Assembly (NCBI GenBank): GCA_013239625.1 | Contig: MU054338.1 | Span: 4,117,371-4,181,370, forward strand | Direction of reading: 5' to 3' | Length of the DNA stretch: 64,000 bases | From: Lama guanicoe | Taxonomy: Eukaryota | Notes under the pieces: model-generated | Database searches by the model: none | What the model was told of the DNA's origin: nothing | What the model saw: only the letters and a program-made list of their open reading frames with translations | Made by a program: the position numbers and the translations under genes | In this document: positions 50,178 to 62,750 of the stretch, piece by piece | How the letters are laid out: every line of letters begins with the position of its first letter | How positions within the stretch are numbered: position 1 is the first letter of the stretch

Positions 50178-50292
50178 CTATGACCATGAAGAGGATGCAG
50201 ATGATATAAACCCAGTAGGAGCGTACCTGGGCATACGGGTGCATCAGAAACATCATGAGAGGCCCAAAGACGAGGAAGATGACATTGCTGAA
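50178..50292 (-). CDS. ACER1: ACER1 alkaline ceramidase 1, coding exon 2 (115 nt)
   Basis: ttctccag|TTCAGCAATGTC...GTCATAG|gtaggt. Translates FSNVIFLVFGPLMMFLMHPYAQVRSYWVYIICILFMVI(G), a hydrophobic transmembrane segment. Confidence 0.95.
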
Positions 50293-50464
50293 CTGGAGAA
50301 GGGGAAAATGTAGGGAGGGGGCTGTCAGACAGGGGAGGCACCTGCCGTTTTTCAGGCTGTTAATTAACCCAGGGTCTATCTATGGTTCTGCTAATCCTAC
50401 TAGCCAACCAGCCATCAGTAGAGCCATCACTCCATCCATTATTCTATAGGTTCGTTTATTCCTT

Positions 50465-52560
50465 CAAGAGTGTGGCAAAGACTATCTACTAACCTTCTAC
50501 ATTTTCCTTTCAGCAATAGTGTCCCCCAAGTTTACACTGGGCACATGACTACTCAACTAAAGACTACATTTCCTAGCCTTCCTTGCAGCTCACTGTCACC
50601 TTGTGACCTGGTTGAGCCAATGGGATAGGAATGTAAATAAGTTACTTCCAGGTCAGTCCTTCAAAAGCAGTTTAAGGCTTGCCCTTTATGTCCTATGGAC
50701 TGAAATGCAAATGTGGTGGTCATGAGTTGGTCTTGGTCTTGTAGACAAGGAAAGAGAGTGCAATACCCTAGTGGCTTGCTTCTGAAAAAAAGAAAAAGAA
50801 AACAGTGTGAAGCAGAAGTCATGGGGTGTGACTTCTGAGGTTAGGTCATAAAAAGCACTGTGGCTTCCATCTGACTGTCGCTGCCTTAGAGTGTGAGACA
50901 CTGGAGCTATAAGCCACCATGCAAAAAGACTGAGTACCCCTAAAGCTGCCATGCTGGAAGGACCAAGTGGAGAGATCAGAGAGAGATCAAAAGAGATGCT
51001 GGAGGAGCCCTAGCTGTTCCACTCCCTAGGTGTTTCACTCTTTCCAGTCCAACTGCCACACACATGACCTTTCAGATGATTCCAGTCCCATTCTCTGTTT
51101 CAAGTCATCCCAGTGGATGCCAAGTGGAACAGAGAGAAGCTGTCCCTACCAAACCCTATCCAGATTACCAATTCATGAGCAAAACAAAAGTAGTCACTGT
51201 TTCAAGCCACTACATTTTAGGGTGATTTGTTATGCAGCAATAGCTAGCTGAGACAAAGAGGCAATATTACTGTAGGCTGGGTGGGGTTGGGAAGGAGGAG
51301 GGAGCATAGCAGCCAGCAGGTGTGGCACACCTTGTTCAGAACCCCATGATTGCACAGCTTTGTTGTTGTGGATTAGTTACTTGTCTCCCTATCATTAGAC
51401 ATTTACTATGTTCTGGGCCCAGGTAAGGTTTATTATTCCCAGAATCATAACTTATCCTCACAACAACACTGGTAGATATTAGGTGGACCACATTATAGAA
51501 GAAGACATTGATTCTCAGAGTGGTCAAATGGTCCAGCCCAGGTCACCCAGCCAGTAAATGGAGAATCCAGGATTTGAAACCAGATCCCAAGTGAATTTCT
51601 TGTGAGACGGCTAAGAGGGCTGTTTATCACAGCAGCAGAGACTGCTTCACAGACTTTGACCGATGTCAGATAATAGCACATGATTCACAGTAATAACTAA
51701 CAATGACCACTAAGAATACAGCGAGTTACAGCAGGGAGCGGGAATTAAACACTGAACAGCCATCCTCCCTTCTTCCTCCTTAACCAAACTGATTTGGTTC
51801 AGTATTAGGAGGGCACGTCCTTCTTGGGAGGCAAAAGGGAATAACAGCTGGTGCTAGCTAATCTGATTCTCTCCTTCTTCTGTGTAACAAGGCCACCCAG
51901 CTGGAGACTACATTTCCCAGATTCCCTTGCAGCTACACACAACCATGCGACCAAGTTCTGGCCAGTAAGACAGGGACAAGAATGGCTTCCAGGTTGCCTT
52001 CTTAAAGGGAAGGGGCGAGCCCTCCCCTTACTCCCATTCTACTGGGATACAGATATGGTGGGGTAGCTTCTTGGACCATACAGTTGAGGGCAATGGTCTA
52101 GAGGTAAGAAAACAACCATACAGAAGGAGCCCAAGTCCCTGGCACCATAAATCTCTCACACTAGCCCTGGGAAGTTATGACTAGAGAAACTTCTATCTTC
52201 ATTAAACCGTCATTGTTTTAGGTCTCTGGTATAGCAGCTGAATCTACATCTTAAGTTATATATATGCCCCTTCTTCCTTGCTAAATAAAACTGAATTCTG
52301 TTCAGGCATTAGGAAGGCCTGGCCTTCCAGGGAGGCAGGATTTAGCCTGATTAGTCATCTCTATTGCCAATGATTGGTTAAGGAATGGATGTGTGATATA
52401 ATCTGGCTAATGAAACATGACGGAATATCTGATGAGGGACTTCTGGGAAAGTTCTCTTTGTTGAAATCAGGCCAAGTGTAAAGTCCTTTGGACATTGTTC
52501 TGATGTTCAAGATGTGTCAGCCATTTTGCAACCATGAGGAAACAGGGCTATCGGTAAAAA
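50465..52560. mobile_element. Cluster of old LTR remnants (LTR16/ERVL-like and MLT1) with a MIR
   Basis: actacatttcc(c/t)ag..cttgcagct at about 50563 and 51907; MLT1 words gacttctgaggttaggtcataaaaag and gtgatttgttatgcagcaatag. Confidence 0.6.
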
Positions 52561-52574
52561 CAAATACTTGAGGA

Positions 52575-52933
52575 CAGTGGTTCTCAAACTTGTTGGTTTC
52601 AAGAATTTCTTATATTCTTAAATATTATTGAAGACCCTGAAGAGGTTTTGCCTGTGCGAGTTACATCTATCAAGATTTACTATATTAGAAATTAAAGCCT
52701 AGAAACTTTCAAAACACATGACTGTACAAGCACACATTCCTTTGGCCATCAGATAGATGATGTCAACACACATCATGCAGCCTCTGGAAGATTCCATTGT
52801 ACCCCTGCGAGATAATCAGAGTGGGGAAAGGCAAATAATACCTTCATATTATTATGAAAATCACTATGACCTCGAGGAATTGAAAGGGTCTCAGGGACCT
52901 CGGGGTAGGTACTCAATATTTTGAGAACCACTT
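52575..52933. mobile_element. hAT-Charlie-type MITE
   Basis: Terminal inverted repeats cagtggttctcaaa / tttgagaaccact. Confidence 0.7.
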
Positions 52934-53654
52934 CTCTAGGGACAGCAGAGAAGAAAGATGGAAAGAACCAAGTAGCCTGGTGATGTTGGGCTCTGAGGAA
53001 ATCTATTCTGGAACCATCTCCCTCCAACGTCCATTAAAAAAAATCATCTTTTTATTTCAGCTGTTTTTGGTTGGGTGTTTTATTTGAAGTCAAAGCGTTC
53101 CAGTTAACAGGCTTTGGTCTCCAAGTAGTGTGGGACTGGATATATGCTCTCTTGCTCATTAACTGTGGAGTCTTGAGAAGGCAACTTCAGTTCCCTAACC
53201 TCCCATCTCTGCATTTGTGATCTATGTGTAATGCCACCTACCTCTTTGTGCTGTTGACCCAAAGTTCCCAGACCTCATTAGCCTCGTGAATACTATTAAG
53301 GTCACAAGAACATTTGCACCGGAGTATCAGTGGCTCAAAGTCTCCAACTGCTGAGATAGGACGCCAATGCCCCTCACAGTCTCCCCAGATATGTTGGGGC
53401 CACAGTGAATACCTCACGTGAGCTCAGAAACAAGCATTCTCATGATTTTCTTACACCTGCCAACTTGAGGTCAGTGAGCTTGCTCCCTTGACTATACCCT
53501 TCTCTCCCCAATAAAATCTTCCCCTTGTAAAGCTGTCCTCAGTTGCCTACATTCCATCTCAGAAAGTGAAGAAATACTGCCTTGTTAACTAGGTGCTCTG
53601 TTATTTCTCAGAACCCCAGTATGAAGGATGCTGATGCAAAATACAGAGCACAGC

Positions 53655-53776
53655 GGGAGGGTCTAGCTCAGTGGTAGAGCGCATGCTCAGCATGCATGAG
53701 GTCCTGGGTTCAACTCCTAGTACCTCTATTAAAAAAATAATTAATTCAATAGACCGAATTACCTCCCTCCAAAAAA
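53655..53776 (+). mobile_element. tRNA-Ala-derived SINE (vic-1-like)
   Basis: gggagggtctagctcagtggtagagcgcatgctcagcatgcatgaggtcctgggttcaac plus tail aattacctccctccaaaaaa. Confidence 0.85.
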
Positions 53777-56559
53777 GTTTTTTCTGTAATTTTTAAAGAA
53801 ACAAGCTATTAAATGCACACACACACACACACACACACACGCCACAGTGCTGGGCGTGAGGAAATCAATCACCTGACACAAGGTCAGCCTCTACCAGCCT
53901 CAGTCCTGGGCACCTGTACAGGTTCCAAGGCAGGGGCCCTCATGATTCTAGGGAAGCCCACAGCTCTCCTTAGGCGATGGTGGAACCAGCTCAAAGGGCA
54001 CACTTTGAGAACCCAGCCTTGGCAAACTGGATTCCCAGTTCACAGTCCCACCTACATCCTTGTTTTCCATGCCAAGGTCTCTGCTGTCTGTCAAAGGACA
54101 AGGTCAAACTCATCTCCAGGACAGCCACCCAGTTCACAGGAGCTATCCCAGAACACAGAGGTACCTCCACACTGACGTGTCCTGTGTGTATCCTGAGACC
54201 TTACCCCACTGGAATGGACACCTATCCAAAAGCGGGAAGTCAGATTTTTCTATTTTGAGAATTTGAAACTTGGAACAGACACGGAGCCTGGGAGTCACCA
54301 CATTTGAGTTTCACCAATGGCAACTCTCTAAAGAGGCCTTGGGATATCATCATGATGTTTAAGATAAGGCAGCCATCTTGCCACCATGAGGAGACAAGGC
54401 TGAGAAAAAAAGCAGATACTCGAGGGCAGTATTTGCCCTTCTGCTGACCCCTCCAGACCTACTTAGGGTCCCAACCTTCCCAAACAACTCATCTTTCCAT
54501 TTTCTAAGATACTCCACTATCTTTCCAATGCATTCTCTCCCTCTCTCCCTCCCTCCCTCCCTCTCTCTCTCTTTTCAGTTTGTTTGGTTTTGGTTTTTGC
54601 TTAAGCTGGCTTTCTATTTCTCAAATCCAACAAAACCATCAGCATTGGTATATTAGCTAGGGTTCTTTGGTAGCAAGCAAAAGAAAATGATTCTGGTGAA
54701 CTTACATTATAAATATAAATATAAAGTGTGTGCGGTTACTTAATTACTTAAACCATTCATTCATTCATTACAGGAAGCTCATTAATCCAATGAATTGCAG
54801 AAGACAAGGAAAAGCAGAAACCAGAACAGCTCTGACATGTGAATGAAAAATCTCTTTAGGGGGCAATTCTGGGTGTGAATGAAAACAATTCTGTTCAGTC
54901 CTTTTGTCCAAGCCCTAGATTCAAATTCTGGAGAGTGTAGCCTGGACACATCTCATTCCTGGCCGGAGAAGGGGGACCACCTTGACTGACCATCCCACCG
55001 AGACCATATCCAGATGGTTATGAAGGGAAAATGGGACCACGGATACTGAATGGATAAAACCCAAACAAATCTTGATGTTCCCTCTGCCTTTAACCAAAAG
55101 CCAGCCCTTGGGCGAACCCAGTGCGCCTGAAGGTGCTAAGGAGGCCCAGTTTCCTAAGCCCTTGAGCCTCAATTTAAAACATGTCCGTGACTCTCATAAG
55201 TGAAATCCAGACTCTTAAACTTGGCTTATAAACTCCCTCCATAATTCACCTTTCTCCACCTTCAACTTCATAATCCCAGCGGAAGGAATAACTCAGCTCC
55301 TGTGAATGAGCCATCCGTATCCTTACCTCTTACCTCCAGGAGCTGGCACATATTGTTCCCACCACCTGGAAGGCTCTTGTTCCCCCTTACCCCTCTCTGC
55401 CAGGCCAGCTGCTCTGCCTTTAGCCTGGAAGTCCCTTTCTCCCTCACGCCTTCCCAACCCCTTAGGCAGAGCCAGGTGGCCTGCCTTTGTGCCCCGTGCC
55501 ATCCCACTTTCCTGAACCTGTTCGGCTCTTCTGGAACAGTCTGGCTTTCCTGCTAAACCTGGCTTGGAGAACAGGGACTGTGGCTTCCCCATTCCGCCTT
55601 ATAGCCTCAGGAGCCAGAATATAGCAGGTGCTCAACAAATATGTCCCATGACTGGATCTCAGAACAGTCCAGGTGCATTGCCTGTCACGTGCATGAGAAC
55701 GCCTGGCACAGGGTGTTGCATCTAGAAAGGCCCTACTAGGAGGCGCTACAGCTGTAACCTCCTAATCTCTAGACCACATGACTTTACAGATTGTCCTTAA
55801 CCGTTGCACACCCAACAAGGTCTGGCTTTCTAGTTCTGTTTGGCAATCAGGAGCTTGAGTCTCAGAGAGGTGGGGTGACTTCTCTGAGGTTGCACAGCTC
55901 CGGGGGATGCCGAAGTTAGCTTTTACCCCTTGATTTGAAAGACAGGAGGACTAGATGGGTGGTGATGATTAAAAGGGAATTCCCTGCTTCCTGGCTGTGT
56001 GACCTAATGTCTCTGGGCCCCCCTTTCCTGCATCAGTACAATGGGAGAGGACCACCAATGCTACCGCGTGGTGGGATGAAGGCTGCCCTGTTAGGGGGAA
56101 GCATGAGGCCAGGCGTTGGAAGGCTACCTTACCCGGGACATAGTCCTGGCTCAGTAAATAACAAAGGCTGCTGCTGCTCTTGTTATTGTTAAAGGAGGTA
56201 ATAATAACAGGCTTACGACTGGTATAGATGCTCCAAGCTCGGTGGCCAACAGAGCAGAGACAAGCGTTCTCAGTAATGCCCCTAATCGTGCAGAATGAGG
56301 ACAGAGCAGCGGGCGGCACCTATGACTAATGAGCTCCAATGGCTCCGATAGCATCAGAGACCGCCCTGGTGCCAGGGTCCCCCTCCCTGCCCTCTGGGCT
56401 TGGGCCCCCACTTTTTCCAACTACAGGTTCTGCCCAGACGTGGAGATGCGGGCGAGGCATCCGCCCAGGATTGTGGCCAGAACCAACCCAGTCTTGAACG
56501 CTGGGCATACGTGAGCTGGATTCCCTGGGTCCCGGCCCCAGCAGGTGCCTTCACCTCCC

Positions 56560-56593
56560 TTCATTCATTCATTCATTCATTCATTCATTCATT
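56560..56593 (+). repeat. (TTCA)n microsatellite
   Basis: About 8 perfect TTCA units. Confidence 0.9.
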
Positions 56594-57984
56594 TAGCTGA
56601 GTGTGCTCAAGGACCTTTCCAGTGCCTGAAAACAAAGTCCCTGCCTTCACAGGGTATCCACTTAGGGTCTAGGGGCCATTCTGCGCCTCATTTTCCTCCT
56701 CTCTAAAACAGAGGTCCTATTTCCAAGTGCCACAGTGAGGATTAGAGAAGCAAGAGCCACAGAGGCCGGGGAGGTTTGGCATTTTGTTCACTGCTGCAAA
56801 CCCCCTGGTGCCTAGAGCAGTGCCTGGCCCACAGGAGGTGCTCAGTAGATCTTTGCAGAAAATAAGGCATGCAAAGAATACATGTAAATAAGGCACACAC
56901 GTGCCTGGCACATGTGCTGTAATGGCTGTGTTCCCTGGGGAGGCTATGATTGAAGAAGGCTTTGCTTTTTGGACAACCAGTACCCAGCAGGGTGTCTGGG
57001 AAGTGGAGGTGGCTGGATTGCTTAGGACTGGAAGAAGGAAAGGAGGAGAGATGGAGAGAGGGAAGGAGGGGAGGGAGGAAGGAGGGAGGAAGGGAGGAAA
57101 CCGACCTGACTCCCCACCTCAGCCTTTCTCAATTACCCCAACCATCCTGGGCTAAACCCACAGCTACACCCCTCGCTCTCTCACAGGTACTCTTCCATTT
57201 CGCTCGAGGAAATTCCATTGATTCAGTTTTTACTCCTTTATTGTCTCTGCCCTCCTGACTGGACTGCAACTTCCCCAAGGACAGGAAACACCCTGTTTTA
57301 TCCCTAGCTGTGTCCTCAACCCATCACTCTGGGCACCCAACAGGCACTTAAGAAAAACTTGTGGCATCAGTTGAATCAATTAACGTGGCCAAACCACTCC
57401 CGGCTCTGTCTTTGGCCCATTGCCAAAGTTCAAGCACCCACCATCCATGCCCGGCCCTGTCACCTGTTGAGGACCCCTGTCTGCATCTGTTCCATGTGTG
57501 CACAGGAATGCTGGTGCTGGGCTGGGGGCATGGAGCCAGAGCACCGGCCACGGTCTTCCCTCACGGGGCTTACCAACATGAATTAAGATGCACACAATTC
57601 CTGGTTACTAACTCTATAGCTGAGTGGCCTCACAGCACTGTGGGTAAGTGGGAGACTCTGGGACTAGGTGAGTGGGGTTTAACTCGGCCCTTTTGTGCAC
57701 TGGCAATTTTTGTGCCCTTGCAATTTACACGCTGTGCAAACTGGGAAGGAAATACACCCTCTCTGAGCCTTTACTTCCCCCATCTGTAAAATGCGGAGAA
57801 TAAGAATTGTTATGATGATTACAGTGAGTGCTATTTGTTAAGTAAAATTAATAAACATCAAATAAAATTAACACATTAACACTTTCTCTCTATGCTATAT
57901 TTACGACTACTAATAATAGCTTCAACTTATTCAATGCTTAGGCTGTGTCAGGACCACTAAGTTTTAAAAAATACCTGTGTTTTT

Positions 57985-58975
57985 AAAATTAAAATATAAT
58001 TCACATACTATCAGATTCACTCTTTCAAAGTGTGCAAGGAGGGGTGAATACAGCTCAGTGGTGCAGTGCGTGCTTAGCATGCATGAGGTCCTGGGTTCAA
58101 TCCCTGCTAACGCCATTAAAAATTAATTAATTAACTTAAAAAAACTATATTCAATTTCTTGCAATGAACCACAATAGAAAAGAAACTGAAAAATAAATAC
58201 ATATATTATGATTGGATTGCCGCATTCTGTTGACTCTTATTTTGTAGTTGGCTTTATTCCTTTGGTAACTATGTAAGTTTAAAACGTTAAAGATCTAACC
58301 TGTCCTTAGAAGCAATAATTAGTACATATATGTAAGCTAAAAAAAATGTGCAGTATACTGTTTATATGTATTTACATTCAATATAATGTGTATGTGCAGT
58401 CGAATTGTAATAATTCTATATAATAAAACTGGAAAAAATAGAAAAAATAAAGGGAGGAAGAGAGAAAAAAATTTTAAATAACAAGTAAATAAATATATGT
58501 ATGTATATGTATAACTGAGTCACTTGTACAGCTGAAACTAACATTGTATATCGACTACACCTCAATAAAAAAAAAGAGAAATAATAATTAAAACATACTG
58601 TACAAATCAGCAGATCTTAATCTGTTCAAAGTTGTGTGGCCATCACTGCCAACTCCAGAACATTTTCATCACCCTAAAAGAAACTCTTATCCCCGTTAGC
58701 AATCATGCTCCTTTCTCCTTCCCCCGCCGCTAGCAGCCATGAATCCACTCTCTGTCTCTGTGGATTTGCCTGTTCTGGATGTTTTGTATCAGTCGAATTA
58801 TATACTTTGTGATCTCTTGGGTCTGGCCTCTTTCACTGAGCATCATGTTTTTAAAGTTCATCCACATTGTAGTGAATGTCAGTGCCTCACTCCTTTTCAT
58901 GGCTGAATAATATTCCATTGTATGAATGGACCATATTGTGTTTATCTATTCATCCACTGATGGACATTTGGGATG
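57985..58975 (-). mobile_element. Antisense L1M 3' end, split by a composite insertion at about 58038-58590
   Basis: aatataattcacatac...aaagtgtgca [insert] tacaaatcag...gaataatattccattgtatgaatggacca. Confidence 0.8.
58038..58140 (+). mobile_element. tRNA-Ala-derived SINE (vic-1-like)
   Basis: cagctcagtggtgcagtgcgtgcttagcatgcatgaggtcctgggttcaatccc plus AT tail. Confidence 0.85.
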
Positions 58976-61559
58976 CCCAATAGCTGTTTCATCCTCTCCA
59001 TGGTCCTATGAGTTGAGTATTGCTAGCACCCCACAGCTGTACCCTGTCTGCATAGGTACTCAGTAAATGTTTGCTGAATAAAAGGAATGAATGAATGAGT
59101 TTCCCTTCCCTAGCATGCCCTGCCGCCTGGCATCCCACACCCTTGACTTCTGTTTATTGCCTGTCTCTTCCAGCCACTAGGACACCAGCCCCATGGGAGC
59201 AGGCGGTTTTTTTGTCTCTTTTGATCACTGCTATGTCCCCAGAACTGGAACAGTGCCTGGCTTAATCAATTCCTGTTGAATGAAGAGTGAAATGAAGCAG
59301 TCATTTGAATCAGATCCCCGTGTCAGCCCCAAGAGGCCAATAGGGTGGGAATCACCAATGTCTATTTTACTGAAAGAGAAAAGAGGTCCAGGGGACCCAT
59401 GGAGTCTGGGCCAGGACGTTATGGGCATGGTCACCTATATCATGTATGTAATTATTCAATTAACATCATCTGCCCTCCCTGAGGGCAGGGACCACACCCT
59501 CCTCACATTCTGCGGGACCTGCCACACTAGAGGTGCCCGGCAATGAGTTGCTGTTGCTGTGAAAGTTGAGGAGGAGCGCAATAGAAGAGGGAGGTGTGGT
59601 TTAGAGCTCATGGGACCTGCCAGTCATAGCCAGGCACTCAGAGAGGGGCGGGCCTTCCGCCTGGGTCACACAGCATACAGGGAAGAGAGGGACTGGAATC
59701 AGCACACTGCAGAGGCCAGAAGTGTGAAGGATTTTGGAGGAGGTGGTGGGCAAGCTGTTGGAGATTTGGGCACTGCAGCCTACACCACACACGCACCCCT
59801 CTCTGCTCTGATCTCTCTGTTTCTCCGATACCAGCCCCCACCCCAATGTCCCCTGCTCATCCCCACCTCTGAGCCTTTCCTATGCCGTTCCCCATGCCTG
59901 GCAGGTCATCCTTTCGTTCCAGGTCTGAGCACCTGAGAAAGAGCTTTCTAGAGAGGGTGAGACGCGGAGCTTCCAAAGCTTTGGGAGGATCCCAGAGAAG
60001 AGGTTAAGCAGCACGGCTGCTTCTGGGAGCTGGGGGGCCTTGAAACGTCTTCCCGTCCCCCTTGTAACTCTCCTAAGTAGGCAGGAGCCCAAAGGAGGCC
60101 ACACCTGGAGGCCACCAGGCTAAAGCAAACAGGTGTCGACTGGGGTGGCTCATGCTTTGACTTCTGCCCAGCCCCTCACACACCCCTGACCTCTGTTCCT
60201 GTGGGTTGTGCCTTCCTGGCCATTCTGTGAAATGCATCCAGGTGTCCCAGCTGCCCTGCATCATCGACTCTCCCCTGCTCCAAAGTCAGCCATGGCTCCC
60301 CGGCACCGTCACAATAGAGTACACGTTTCTCTGCCTGGCATTCCCAGTTGAGCCCCTGGAAACCTTACCAACCCTTTTTTCATCCTCCGTCCCTCCCCAC
60401 TGAGCAGGCAGCCCGGGCTCTGGCTTCAAGCTACCAGCTGTTCTCTCTCACCTCAAGACCTTTGCTGTTCCCTTTGCCCCATGCCCTGTAGAGAACACTT
60501 ACTCACTCCTTAACATTGAGGTTCTGTCCGCATTCAATGCACAGAGGCCTCACGCCCCACCCCCCTGATTCCCCAGCCTCCCACTTCTGGCCCTGTTTCT
60601 CCCTTTGCCACGCGCTAACCATGGGGCTGGCAGAGTCCATTCCTAATTCTGAACCACCCCTCTCCACATCATGGGGGTACTGAGCCTCTGGATCACCCAG
60701 CACAGGTTGGTTTATAGACTTTTTGTTGAATGAATGAGTCCATCAATGAATACAGGTTAAATTTCAAACACGCTAACTCAGCATTCAAAACTTTATCTTT
60801 AGTTCTCTCCATATTTTAGCCACAGAGACCTACCCCACCCCCGAGCTGGCCATCCCTTTTACTTCTAGGACTTGGCACATCCCTTTCTTTTCTTTTGTTC
60901 CCTTTCCCAGACTCCTACTCCACTTGGCAAACTCCTATTCATCCTTCAAAACTCAATTCCTAGGTGCTCTCCTCTATGAAGCATCCCAACACCTGAGCTG
61001 AGTCCTCCAGCGCTTCCTTCTTCTGTACCCTGACTGTGTGGGGCTGGGCTCTACCTCTCCAAACCCCAGGCTCAGAGCTCCTTGCAAACAGATCAGTGAG
61101 AGAACCAAAGATTCTTCAGAAAGCACCATTTTCCAATTATGAGTCATGACTCCTAAGCAAATTGTGCTAAAATCCATGTGAATAGATTTTTTAAATTTTC
61201 CTGCTGCATTTTTTGTCTTTCATTTACATCCCTAGATCAAAAGCACGCTTCTAGACAGCAGCATCGTATTTTGACAGGCGTTCAGCCCTACACAGATTGG
61301 TGAAAATGTTATGGCTTCCTTTTTATTCATTCATTTACTGACCACAATTGCAAATGTCTCAGAGATGACTTTGTATACAAACCTTGCCAGCTACAGGGAT
61401 CATCTCTTTGGCGAGAGTTCCTAAAGGAACAGTGACAGAGTCAAGGTTGCAGGTTATCTGTAAACTGATGTCTTGACACAAGTGGTCAGTTTGCTCACAG
61501 GAAGCCACATAGTGTGAGTATGCTCATATTCATTAAAAAATAAACTGATTCTTTTTTGA

Positions 61560-61646
61560 GGGGAGGTTTAGCTCAATGGATGAGCATATGTTTAGCATGC
61601 ATCGGTCCTGGGTTCAATCCCCAGTTCCTCCACTAAAAAAAAAAAA
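61560..61646 (+). mobile_element. tRNA-Ala-derived SINE (vic-1-like)
   Basis: gggaggtttagctcaatgga...gtcctgggttcaatccccag plus poly-A. An antisense SINE tail fragment (ggtaattaggtttgttt) follows at about 61690-61720. Confidence 0.8.
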
Positions 61647-61802
61647 CAACTCATTTTTAATTTCTTTTTTTCAGTGGGCTTGGTTTTTTGGGGGCGGGTA
61701 ATTAGGTTTGTTTACTTACTTTTAATTTTTAATTTCTGACTTGAAAGGCCAAAAAAGAAAAAATTTTATTGTTTTCTATTTGTTTTTTTCAATCTAACTA
61801 TA

Positions 61803-62115
61803 TCAGCAGCTGGCAGACTACAGCCCCCTGAGCCAAATCCAGCCCACAGTCTTGTTTAATGTGACCCCTGTGCTAAGAATGACATTTACATTTTTAAAAG
61901 GTTGCAAAAATGGAAAGAGGGACAATAGCTTGTGATATTGACATGAAACTCACACCTTGGCATCCACAAATAAAGTTTTATTGGTACACAGCCACACTCT
62001 CCTGTTTCCACGTAGTCTGTGGCTGCTTCCAGTAGTTGTGGCAGAGACCATATGGCCCCAAAAGACAAAACTATTGCCTGTCTGGCCTTTACAGAAAAAG
62101 CTGCTCGACCCCTGC
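61803..62115. mobile_element. MER58-like hAT MITE
   Basis: ggcagactacagcc...gccaaatccagccc, aaataaagttttattggtacacagccac, ctggcctttacagaaaaag...gacccctg. Confidence 0.75.
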
Positions 62116-62488
62116 ACTCTGTGACTTGTCAGCTGTGGGGATGGGTTTGGGGCACTCAGAAGTGTGCAGGACGAGAGAGTCTTGAGGGAACCCCTTATAA
62201 CATAACTCAGATTCAGTTCCTTATGCCCTGTGCTATTTGCCAGAGCCTTTTTGGTAGAACAGAAGAGAAGGTATACAAAACGATTCCCAGCGCGTTCACA
62301 CCAGGGAAAGGTGAGTCCCGTTTGGTGAAACTTTTGTTTCCGTTTGATAAGTATTTGGAAAGGCAGGTACTGGGTGATGATGATACAGAAACCTCCAAAT
62401 GTGTGTCATGACTGGGATGAGTTTTATACCTGCAGCTTTGGTGAGTGTCTGGTGGTTCTTCAATATACTACATTTAGAGACAGGCTAA

Positions 62489-62750
62489 GGGGGAGGGCAT
62501 AGCTCAGGGGTAGAGTGTGTGCTCAGCATGCACGAGGTCCTGGGTTCAATCCCCAGTACTTCTGTTAAAATAAAATAAACAAATAAACTTAATTACTACC
62601 CCCCCCAAAAAGGGGGTGGGGAGGGTATGGCTCAGTGGTAGAGTGCATGCTTAGCACGCACGAGGTCCTGGGTTCAATCCCCAGTACCTCGATCAAATAA
62701 ATAAATAAATAAGCTGAATTACCTTCCCCTACCAAAAGAGACAAAAAAAA
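62489..62750 (+). mobile_element. Head-to-tail pair of tRNA-Ala-derived SINEs (vic-1-like)
   Basis: Two monomers (about 62489-62611 and 62612-62750), each with tRNA-Ala head and aattac(c/t)..cccc-A tail. Outer TSD atttagagacagg. Confidence 0.88.

Noticed and set aside
51905..51925. ACTACATTTCCCAG as a ZNF143-type promoter motif (also at about 50563)
   Set aside because: Both copies sit in LTR16-like remnants with no CpG-island context.
62612..62692. tRNA-Ala(AGC)-like sequences as true tRNA genes
   Set aside because: A-rich tails, TSDs, stem mismatches and several diverged copies mark them as SINEs.
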